Assembly (NCBI GenBank): GCA_002633005.1
Contig: NMRA01000812.1
Coordinates: 70,945-134,944 of the forward strand
Direction of reading: 5' to 3'
Length of the DNA: 64,000 bases
From: Phoronis australis
Lineage: Eukaryota; Animalia; Phoronida
In this document: positions 53,001 to 61,224 of the stretch, piece by piece
Layout: every line of letters starts with the position of its first letter
Numbering within the stretch: the first letter of the stretch is position 1
Notes under the pieces: model-generated
What the model was told of the DNA's origin: nothing
Databases searched by the model: none
Seen by the model: the letters and a program-made list of their open reading frames with translations, nothing else
Program-made: the position numbers and the translations under genes

Positions 53001-56000
53001 AATGGTAACCAAAGAAATGTAATTAATTTCTACTTGAACTACCAACTTTGACTGCACACGGAACAAATTGCGTTCCTTACAAAACCATTTCAATTGGTGC
53101 AGGTCTCCAGAGCATAAGAAATATTTAACTTCAAGTCTCCTTTAATCAATATAACAGTGGAAATTTCCTCTCAAATGAAAAACAGGATGAAGAATATCAT
53201 GTAATACTTACCTCGTAGGCGACAGGCATCAACAGTTGTTGGAATATTGCCATATAGTCACTGTTACCCAACCCAGTCTGTAACAAAAGTCCATGACATC
53301 ACCAATTTAGGAGTCAAATGAACAACCATTAACCAATCCACACAAACCAATGACATCACAAATATGAAAGACATCGTAAAGCAATGACATCAGAAACACA
53401 ACAGCCAATGAATGTTCTAGTTCTTCACCACTGTCACTGAAGCACCAAATATTATGCAACTCCCTCAAAAGTGATCACATACCATCATTTGTATTACGCA
53501 AAATAGATTTAGCAACAATTAATTGTAACTTTCCTAATGTTTTCGAGTATATTAAACACGTTGCTTTTTATAGTAGTTACGTTTTACAAAAAATATTGTT
53601 CAACAAATAACAAACAAGTGTTAACTGAGACTGGGAAACAGAAATTGAATAAATATTTCAAAGTATTCAACAAGATCAAACAGTCATGAAACACAGTAGA
53701 GTCCGCTCAGTGATCCACAAGTTTATTCATATACACACAAGGGATAGCTGTCTGCTCCAACAAGTATAGCTTAAGAACACACTAGACCCGAATCAAATTG
53801 AATAGTCATGTACTAACGACTCCAAGAAACACATTTAGTAGGAAACTGAGGCAGGGGCCAATAAACATGTACATTACGATAATTGTTTTTTCATTTAAAC
53901 CAACTTATTGTTATTAAAACAACATAGGCAAAAATTCAATTTTGAGCTTCAAAAATGGTGCCTCCCATTTTAATATAGTGCCCCACTTTTGAGGCCTGAA
54001 ATTGAATTTTTGCTTATATGTGAAATATTAAAAATAAGTCGTTTACAATGACAAGCTGTAGATAACTGTTCTTTACTCACANGATAACTGTTCCTTACTC
54101 ACAGTGTTAAGAGGAACATTGATGTTAAAGCCACGACCTTTTCCCTCGCCAATGTAGTCATAGTCGGACTCACGAAGATTTGGCCAGTAAAACCCATATT
54201 CAAAACGATGAATGGAAAAATAAAGAACCCTGTAATAAAATAACAATTGTACACTAAAATCATGTGCAGTGCAATTCTTAAAACTCTTGCTGAAATTACA
54301 GAATATAGTCTCAATTAGTTTGGGTCACAAAGTTGAGAGCAAACAAAATGATGAAAAAAGTTTGAAACAAACAACCAGATTATCTTGAGCAGGAGACAAA
54401 GAACAGTTCATGTAATTAGTTCACAAAGAGTATACCATTGAAGCAAAAATGGGCTCTTGGCATCAAAAACTACTTAATCAAGACTTGCCTTGGGTCATCG
54501 TAAAACATCTGTTGGGTGGCCTGGCCATGATGAACATCCCAGTCTACGATCAATACACTGAAATAGAATCACGAGGAGTCAATATTGGTTGAACAGAATA
54601 CTGGGCACTGGTTGTTATTTCCTTCAAATAAACAAGCTTTATTCACTTTCGTCCAATATTCTTCACATATTAAGGAAACTACACGTAGGAGTTAATGTGT
54701 GCATAACGCTTAATCGTCGTGAGAGACCGTCCCGAGTTGGTATGTGGTGCAACTCAGGACGGTCTGGGGTCTACAGAAAACCATTGTTCAACTGTGAGTC
54801 TACACCAATGTGATAAACGAGAGTAGTTCTACTTGCTGCGTCAGCTGNGACTCACGAAGATTTGGCCAGTAAAACCCATATTCAAAACGATGAATGGAAA
54901 AATAAAGAACCCTGTAATAAAATAAAAACTGTACACTAAAATCATGTGCAGTGCAATTCTTAAAACTCTTGCTGAAATTACAGAATATAGTCTCAATTAG
55001 TTTGGGTCACAAAGTTGAGAGCAAACAAAATGATGAAAAAAGTTCGTAACAAACAACCAGATTATCTTGAGCAGGAGACAAAGAACAGTTCCTGTAATTA
55101 GTCCACAAAGAGCATACCATTGAAGCAAAAATGGGCTCTTGGCATTAAAAACTACTTAATCAAGACTTGCCTTGGGTCATCGTAAAACATCTGCTGAGTG
55201 GCCTGGCCATGATGAACATCCCAGTCTACGATCAATACACTGAAATAGAATTACGAGGAGTCACTATTGGTTGAACAGAATACTGGGGACTGGTTGTTAT
55301 GTCCTTCAAATAAACAAGCTTTATTCACTTTCTTCCAATATTCTTCACATATTAAGGAATACATGTAGGAGTTAATGTGTGTTTATGAGACATGATTAAT
55401 TTGACTGTGCACATATAAAATAAAGCTGTCTCAGTAGTGTAATTGGTGTGCAATAGTCGTGAAAACAGCATCAGTGAGATGTGAGCAACAGTCATGAACA
55501 CACCGTGAATAGGATTTGTGCGACAGTCCTGAACACACCATGAATGACATGTGTGGAACAGTCATGAACACACCATGAATGACATGTGTGCAACAGCCAT
55601 GAACACAACCTGAATGAGATGTGTGCCACAATCATGAACGTACTATGAACGAGATATGGGCAACAGTCATGAACACGCCGTGAATGAGATGTGACATAAG
55701 CTATAATGCTGTTTATTATTATCAAGACAAGACATGACAAAGAGAGAAGACAAGGCCTACCGTTCTAATCCCATGTTGTCCAATACATGCTTGGCAGCGA
55801 TTGCAACATTATTAAAATAACTGTAACCACACAGTTCAGAATTGGCATGATGACCAGGAGGTCTGAAAACAAAAGGTATGAGTTTATTACTAGCATATTA
55901 ATTGGCATGATAGCCAGGAGGTCTGAAAACAAAAGGTATGTTTTTCTTACTAGAATCAATCACTAAAATTGCCGCAAAACTAATTCTTCAAGCACTAATT

Positions 56001-59000
56001 ATAGGTGAGGATATTTGACAAGGAATGTAGCTGGATCAAAAATCTCATGGTAAAAGTTACCTTTGCCGTTTGCTTGACTCATGTCAACAGAATTCTGTCT
56101 ATAATGCGTCATGTTGTGCAATGCCTGTGGGTTGGTTAGTGAAACAACTGAAGAATAACCATGATCAAGATAGAAGTGTATTTATTACCTGACCAAAGCC
56201 AAGCCATTTTTTAAATGTCCGCTGACTACTTGTTCAGCAAGCTGCACAGTGCCCCCTGCAGCCAGAAGGGCGGCATCATACGAGTTCTGTAGGATTTGAA
56301 ACAAAAAGACCATGAGACTGAAATTCTCAAACGATGACACTGACAACAGTAAGCAAGTACTGACTGTCAAAAAAGCAGGCCATTTTTAAATTAGTGAACA
56401 CAACAATTAAAGGTTTGTTTCTCAATTCATCAGTTCTTTAAGAGCTTTATGTGGAAACTAGGCAAATCCTTTTGGAAAATAACTGTAGAACAACCCAAGG
56501 GGTTCGATTACTTGATAACATGTAGTCAACATTATAAATGTGAACTGCAGTGAAATCTCTCATCAGATCCTGGAACTTTACATCAAGCACGCAAACTTAA
56601 TGGTAAGGAATATTTACATTGTGAAGGAATATAGAATCATATTTCGAAGACGCATCTTGCAGCTCTTCATAATTCATAGCTTGCGTTCGTTTCATGAGTT
56701 CAATGTGCTCTGGCGTATGAAGTGCTAACAGCTTGTCCTCGCACACAGCTTCAATCTGGAAATAATATTAAATGACAACGGTGAGTACAGAGACCTCTGG
56801 TGGTACATGGAAACTATACAGCAACTTTTCTTTCTCAAGAGTGCAATGACTTTTCAAAAGAATAAAAGAGATTTAAGAACTTTTAAGTTCTTAAATCACT
56901 TTAAATCTCATGAACAAAGAGAACATTCAAGCCAATTAATGCGATTATCAATACAAAACGAAGGTAATTCATAAAATGATATCAAGGTATTACGATCAGT
57001 GGCAGAGGCGAGGTCATTATCACATTTTGGGGTCTGAAAAGCAACAAATCGACCAAGTGTGAAAATCTATAACTGTCCCATACATAATTACTTCCATTAA
57101 GTAAGCCATGGAGGAAGCCAGATCTGCCAGTTTTGTNNNNNNNNNNNNNNNNNNNNNNNNNNNNNNNNNNNNNNNNNNNNNNNNNNNNNNNNNNNNNNNN
57201 NNNNNNNNNNNNNNNNNNNNNNNNNNNNNNNNNNNNNNNNNNNNNNNNNNNNNNNNNNNNNNNNNNNNNNNNNNNNNNNNNNNNNNNNNNNNNNNNNNNN
57301 NNNNNNNNNNNNNNNNNNNNNNNNNNNNNNNNNNNNNNNNNNNNNNNNNNNNNNNNNNNNNNNNNNNNNNNNNNNNNNNNNNNNNNNNNNNNNNNNNNNN
57401 NNNNNNNNNNNNNNNNNNNNNNNNNNNNNNNNNNNNNNNNNNNNNNNNNNNNNNNNNNNNNNNNNNNNNNNNNNNNNNNNNNNNNNNNNNNNNNNNNNNN
57501 NNNNNNNNNNNNNNNNNNNNNNNNNNNNNNNNNNNNNNNNNNNNNNNNNNNNNNNNNNNNNNNNNNNNNNNNNNNNNNNNNNNNNNNNNNNNNNNNNNNN
57601 NNNNNNNNNNNNNNNNNNNNNNNNNNNNNNNNNNNNNNNNNNNNNNNNNNNNNNNNNNNNNNNNNNNNNNNNNNNNNNNNNNNNNNNNNNNNNNNNNNNN
57701 NNNNNNNNNNNNNNNNNNNNNNNNNNNNNNNNNNNNNNNNNNNNNNNNNNNNNNNNNNNNNNNNNNNNNNNNNNNNNNNNNNNNNNNNNNNNNNNNNNNN
57801 NNNNNNNNNNNNNNNNNNNNNNNNNNNNNNNNNNNNNNNNNNNNNNNNNNNNNNNNNNNNNNNNNNNNNNNNNNNNNNNNNNNNNNNNNNNNNNNNNNNN
57901 NNNNNNNNNNNNNNNNNNNNNNNNNNNNNNNNNNNNNNNNNNNNNNNNNNNNNNNNNNNNNNNNNNNNNNNNNNNNNNNNNNNNNNNNNNNNNNNNNNNN
58001 NNNNNNNNNNNNNNNNNNNNNNNNNNNNNNNNNNNNNNNNNNNNNNNNNNNNNNNNNNNNNNNNNNNNNNNNNNNNNNNNNNNNNNNNNNNNNNNNNNNN
58101 ACATGTACATGTATGAGAAATAACATGGTAGTCACAATTTGTTATCGGTAAATCGTCTACTAATACTAAAATGCCATATTTGGTGACAGCTGTACCATAC
58201 AAAACTAGCGAACGAAAACAACTGAAGCAAAGTATTATTCATGTAGAAGTTTACAGAAGTCACTTCCACATTTTGCAAATATAGTGTCCGAACTTGAAGA
58301 TTTTTGAAGACAGATATCTGCATTTACTGTTGTTGGAGGAAACAAGTGTAATTGTTGAGATTCCATCGTATTAACTAAATGTGCAATAGAACCCCATCCT
58401 CAGTCAAAAACCCATTGGCAGTTTATTATTGGTAGGTTGAGTATAACTGAGTTTATTATTGCTTAGGATGCATAATGGTAGGTTGTCGTGGCAGGTTTAT
58501 TTCAGCCTCTGAAGCAATACAGTTGTCACTTAAATGCCAGGTCAGCGTTCGATTTGGCAACCTGCATGTCGTCAATGCGACCTCAAATTGTGTTCGGCGA
58601 CCAGAGAAAAATTCCAGGTCGCCATGAAATCACCACTGCAAGTATCAAAGCCAGACTATAATTCACTCTAAGTTTCCTTCAAAGTTCGTGTTGAGTTGCA
58701 AACTTGAAACTACTAACAATTTTCCTAGAATTATAACCTTTGATTCACAACAATTGTTCTGTTTATTTCGTGAAATCTACACATTTGCTAGGTCGCCAAA
58801 TGCAACTTGACATTAAGAAGCGCATGGGCTATGTGCCTATATGAAATTCAAATTTGATTTTAATGTTAACAGTAAAAACAGACAATGTGTAAAGAACCTA
58901 ATTCGTGATGTCTCACTTCTTTGACATGTTACGGCGTTTGTCGACGGACAATTCTCTTAGCCCTTGAATAACAGATGTCTGTTCATTTTTACTTTTAAGC

Positions 59001-61224
59001 TGTCGACATTTTTTCTTAACATCAGCAAGAGACTGTGACTTTTTCTTGTCCTTCTTAATCTTTCTCTTCTCCGTCACCTGTAGAGAATGTTGTTATTACA
59101 AGACATGTATAACGATTACTTTGCGTCAGAAAATGAAGCACAAACAAAGAGATGATACATAAAATGTTAGTCAAACATGAGTCACGAATAGGTAACAATG
59201 GTCAAGAGTAAAATACGGTTTAAATTTGATCAAATCATAAAATACAGTCTAAATTTGATCAAATCATAAAATACAGTCTAAATTTGATCAAACCATAAAA
59301 TACAGTCTAAATTTGATCAAATCATAACAATCTAAATTTGATCAAATCATAAACTACAGTTTAAATTTGATCAAATCATAACAATCTAAATTTGATCAAA
59401 TCATAAAATACAGTTTAAGTTTGATCAAATCATAAAATACAGTCTAAATTTGATCAAATCATAAAATACAGTCTAAATTTGATCAAATCATAAAATACAG
59501 TCTAAATTTGATCAAATCATAACAATCTAAATTTGATCAAATCATAAACTACAGTCTAAATTTGATCAAATCATAACAATCTAAATTTGATCAAATCATA
59601 AAATACAGTTTAAGTTTGATCAAATCATAAAATACAGTCTAAATTTGATCAAATCATAAAATACGGCAACTTCAGCCTTCTGTAAACTTCTCAGAGAGTT
59701 CATTCAGGACTATAAATCCTTCCAGCTTAAGACCTAAGCATCAATTAACATACACTTGTCACAAAACTCTCGCTGCCACTGAAGCAATTATTAAGTTTCT
59801 ACCATCGAAAAGTTCTGAAAACTCCTGTCACTGAAATGACAAGAGATTCATCTGGAACACCTCTGGTGTTTTCGAGGCCTTGAATTGTATCTCGAAGGTG
59901 TTTCATACTACGCGCGAATCTCAGCCACTGCATTAAAACCTTAAGTCACCCAGTGATGTAAATCTCAAAATGGAAGAAAGCTTTAGAACACTCCAGGATA
60001 CTTGTCTGGTGAAGCATGCCACAAGGTATACTAGGGATAAAAATGATGTTGCGTACAACTTTTGAGGCCTAGTACTAGTTGACTGAAATCGTGATATTTA
60101 AACGTCTCCTGAACAAATCCAGCTGCACCTTTGAGGGATTATTGGAAGTTTAAAAAATACCACAGGATTCCACATAGGCAGAATTTAGGAAGAATCAGGT
60201 ACTCTGGTCGTAACTTAGGGTCTGTGACACTTTTACAAGGTACCTAAACTACACGGTTACCGGACTCATAAACACGGTCACGGACGCATGAACACGACTC
60301 ACGTACCTGCAAACACCGTTCACTGACACACAAACATGGGAACAGACTCACAAAACACAATCCAATCACCCAAAAACATGGTTAACGGACCGCCAAACAC
60401 AGGTCATGGACTCATTGGCTTTCTGGGTCAGCTGACATCTACATTTTGTCCGTAAGCAGTGTTTGACGGTCCGTTAACCGTGTTTCTTCGTGAATGTAAG
60501 TCCGTGTCCCGTATATTTGGGTGAACGGATCGTGTTTTGTGAGTCCATTCGTGTGTTCGTGAGTCAGTTGACGGTGTTTGCAGGTACGTGAGTCGTGTTC
60601 ATGAGTCCGTTAACCGTGTAGTTTAGGTACCTTGTTTTAGTGACATGACTGCATGCTGAATAATCTGTTTGATAGTTGTACAGCATTTTCTTGCATAGCG
60701 TGGAAATCTCTGATGTGTAAAATGTTTTGAAATTTGATCAATGTGAAAGAATGAAATGTCCTTTTAACTAATCCTAGAAATAGTAACTAAATTTTACCGC
60801 AATAAGATGCGACATTTGTTGGCATTTAGAACGCCAGTAAATCTGTGTCCCGAGGAAAAACTACATCCAAAGAAAACTTTGCCAGGAAAAATTCTGGGAT
60901 TACGTCAGGCAATTTTCACATGGAAATGTCACCGTCATGGAATAAAAGGCACTGTCACGGAACAACAATACCAGTCACCAAAGATAGGGTACCTCCAAGG
61001 TAATATGTCCCCAACAGGAGGGGAAAAACACCATGGAATCACTGCTGGTTCACAGGCCAAGACATCCAATTGGTTCTTGAGGACGACTTTCCAGCTTGCA
61101 AACTGAGCAGATGTCTTAGCCAGTTCACCCGTTAGATTCAATCATATGAATGCACAGAGTCTATAATCTAACATTACTTACTCACCTCTGGAGCAGTGAC
61201 TGAATCTTGTGTAGCTTCATCCAT
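37188..61224 (-). CDS. HDAC6: Histone deacetylase 6 (class IIb; two deacetylase domains plus ZnF-UBP), multi-exon gene span
   Basis: 31 coding exons spliced manually with consistent phases. Motifs: RPPGHH x2, DWDVHHG x2, SAG(Y/F)D x2, LEGGY x2, N-terminal LADVKKK, ZnF-UBP WCPHL...ENWVCLQC...YCGRY...WCYACD, stop TGA at 37190-37188. First CD1 exon(s) not found, probably in the N gap 57137-58100. Confidence 0.96.
37677..37805 (-). CDS. HDAC6: HDAC6 ZnF-UBP exon ([15 protein letters not shown]...[20 protein letters not shown])
   Basis: tttcag|129 nt|gtaagt. Confidence 0.96.
38040..38195 (-). CDS. HDAC6: HDAC6 ZnF-UBP exon ([13 protein letters not shown]...[18 protein letters not shown])
   Basis: ctgcag|156 nt|gtaata. 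Confidence 0.96.
38536..38625 (-). CDS. HDAC6: HDAC6 linker exon ([30 protein letters not shown])
   Basis: cacag|90 nt|gtaagt. Confidence 0.82.
38924..39338. mobile_element. Tc1/mariner-type MITE in HDAC6 intron
   Basis: TA|CCATATTCGCCCTAA...TTAGGGTGAATACGG|TA terminal inverted repeats with TA duplication. Confidence 0.75.
39438..39529 (-). CDS. HDAC6: HDAC6 linker exon ([30 protein letters not shown])
   Basis: tttgtag|92 nt|gtgcac; restores phase 0. Confidence 0.78.
40055..40318 (-). CDS. HDAC6: HDAC6 Ser/Thr/acidic linker exon
   Basis: ttttttag|264 nt open|gtatgt; phase 1-1. Confidence 0.82.
40576..40643 (-). CDS. HDAC6: HDAC6 end of CD2 exon ([22 protein letters not shown])
   Basis: tttcag|68 nt|gtgcgt. 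Confidence 0.9.
41302..41498 (-). CDS. HDAC6: HDAC6 CD2 exon ([35 protein letters not shown]...LLGDPCPPL)
   Basis: cgcag|197 nt|gtaaac. Confidence 0.96.
42805..43100. repeat. Low-complexity GAT/GGT/GTG trinucleotide tract (intronic)
   Basis: Degenerate triplet repeats in the intron directly after the FAPELV exon donor. Confidence 0.85.
43119..43178 (-). CDS. HDAC6: HDAC6 CD2 exon ([20 protein letters not shown])
   Basis: ttacag|60 nt|gtacgt; GDPL is the CD2 signature. Confidence 0.96.
43398..43463 (-). CDS. HDAC6: HDAC6 CD2 exon ([22 protein letters not shown])
   Basis: ttcag|66 nt|gtaatc. Confidence 0.95.
43854..43980 (-). CDS. HDAC6: HDAC6 CD2 exon ([42 protein letters not shown])
   Basis: tttccag|127 nt|gtaagg. 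Confidence 0.96.
44025..44088. repeat. (GA)n microsatellite
   Basis: About 32 perfect dinucleotide units. Confidence 0.98.
44188..44256 (-). CDS. HDAC6: HDAC6 CD2 exon ([22 protein letters not shown])
   Basis: ttgcag|69 nt|gtaagt. Confidence 0.96.
44912..45042 (-). CDS. HDAC6: HDAC6 CD2 exon ([44 protein letters not shown])
   Basis: ctttcag|131 nt|gtcagc. Confidence 0.96.
45090..45785. repeat. 42-bp minisatellite, present twice (45090-45265, 45566-45785) across a single-n join
   Basis: ATGTACCAACAACACTGAAGGATATGCAATGAATCGTTCATT units; copy number differs between the two versions. Confidence 0.9.
45965..46036 (-). CDS. HDAC6: HDAC6 CD2 exon ([24 protein letters not shown])
   Basis: atccag|72 nt|gtaata; near-complete duplicate at 45450-45520 next to the single n at 45521. 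Confidence 0.94.
46677..46773 (-). CDS. HDAC6: HDAC6 CD2 exon ([32 protein letters not shown])
   Basis: ctacag|97 nt|gtaagt. Confidence 0.92.
47397..47437 (-). CDS. HDAC6: HDAC6 CD2 exon ([14 protein letters not shown])
   Basis: tttcag|41 nt|gtgagt. Confidence 0.92.
47821..47908 (-). CDS. HDAC6: HDAC6 CD2 exon ([29 protein letters not shown])
   Basis: tttttag|88 nt|gtagtg; HPE.P.R motif. Confidence 0.94.
49073..49126 (-). CDS. HDAC6: HDAC6 CD2 first exon ([18 protein letters not shown]); second copy at 49348-49401
   Basis: tttcag|54 nt|gtgagt; duplicated across the single n at 49235. Confidence 0.9.
49703..49852 (-). CDS. HDAC6: HDAC6 interdomain linker exon ([50 protein letters not shown])
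   Basis: ttgcag|150 nt|gtaggc; phases fit both neighbours. Confidence 0.88.
50554..50667 (-). CDS. HDAC6: HDAC6 end of CD1 exon ([19 protein letters not shown]...)
   Basis: taacag|114 nt|gtgagt. Confidence 0.9.
50989..51095 (-). CDS. HDAC6: HDAC6 CD1 exon ([35 protein letters not shown])
   Basis: ctttcag|107 nt|gtatgt; catalytic Tyr. Confidence 0.94.
51457..51546 (-). CDS. HDAC6: HDAC6 CD1 exon ([30 protein letters not shown])
   Basis: ctgtag|90 nt|gtaaga. Confidence 0.94.
52923..52982 (-). CDS. HDAC6: HDAC6 CD1 exon ([20 protein letters not shown])
   Basis: ttttccag|60 nt|gtattt; third Zn-ligand Asp. Confidence 0.95.
53212..53277 (-). CDS. HDAC6: HDAC6 CD1 exon ([22 protein letters not shown])
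   Basis: ttacag|66 nt|gtaagt. Confidence 0.95.
54103..54229 (-). CDS. HDAC6: HDAC6 CD1 exon ([42 protein letters not shown])
   Basis: ttacag|127 nt|gtgagt. Confidence 0.95.
55171..55239 (-). CDS. HDAC6: HDAC6 CD1 exon ([23 protein letters not shown]), GC donor; second copy at 54489-54557
   Basis: tttcag|69 nt|gcaagt; Zn-binding DxH motif; duplicated across the single n at 54848. Confidence 0.93.
55455..55695. repeat. 35-bp minisatellite
   Basis: GAATGACATGTGTGGAACAGTCATGAACACACCAT-like units, about 6-7 copies. Confidence 0.85.
55761..55862 (-). CDS. HDAC6: HDAC6 CD1 exon ([34 protein letters not shown])
   Basis: ttttcag|102 nt|gtaggc; contains the catalytic HH pair. Confidence 0.95.
56189..56286 (-). 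CDS. HDAC6: HDAC6 CD1 exon ([33 protein letters not shown])
   Basis: cag|98 nt|gtaata. Confidence 0.95.
56618..56755 (-). CDS. HDAC6: HDAC6 CD1 exon ([22 protein letters not shown]...YDSIFLHN)
   Basis: tttccag|138 nt|gtaaat; HDAC fold sequence. Confidence 0.93.
57137..58100. other. Assembly gap, likely hiding the first HDAC6 CD1 exon(s); other gaps at 21633-21887 and 33339-33901
   Basis: Run of N. The CD1 equivalents of the CD2 exons TCYVYD and HPERP were not found in the flanking sequence, and phases do not join directly across the gap. Confidence 0.85.
58917..59077 (-). CDS. HDAC6: HDAC6 exon, basic N-terminal region ([28 protein letters not shown]...IQGLRELS)
   Basis: cag|...|gtgaga; resembles the LAEVKKK...IVGLQGM segment of the vertebrate HDAC6 N-terminus. 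Confidence 0.85.
59216..59665. repeat. Minisatellite, 29-bp and 25-bp units with palindromic core ATTTGATCAAAT
   Basis: About 16 near-perfect units of TAAATTTGATCAAATCATAAAATACAGTC. Confidence 0.95.
60236..60634. mobile_element. Foldback MITE with long TIRs and apparent 5-bp target duplication TTTTA
   Basis: CAAGGTACCTAAACTACACGGTTA... / ...TAACCGTGTAGTTTAGGTACCTTG; inverted homology over about 150 bp; TTTTA at 60231-60235 and 60635-60639. Confidence 0.8.
61186..61224 (-). CDS. HDAC6: HDAC6 probable first coding exon ([13 protein letters not shown])
   Basis: Acceptor tttatttag just upstream, ATG at 61224, donor gtgagt; phase 0 matches the next exon. Confidence 0.65.

Noticed and set aside
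54489-55239. Tandem duplicate of the DWDVHHG exon as mutually exclusive exons
   Set aside because: The copies encode the same peptide, include near-identical intron flanks and are separated by a single-n join; best explained as two haplotypes.
56982-58202. Long ORFs in the ORF track (also 21610-21942 and 33283-34170)
   Set aside because: They consist mostly of N gap.
59670-60130. Coding-like intronic segment
   Set aside because: Multiple stops in all minus-strand frames and no identifiable homology.
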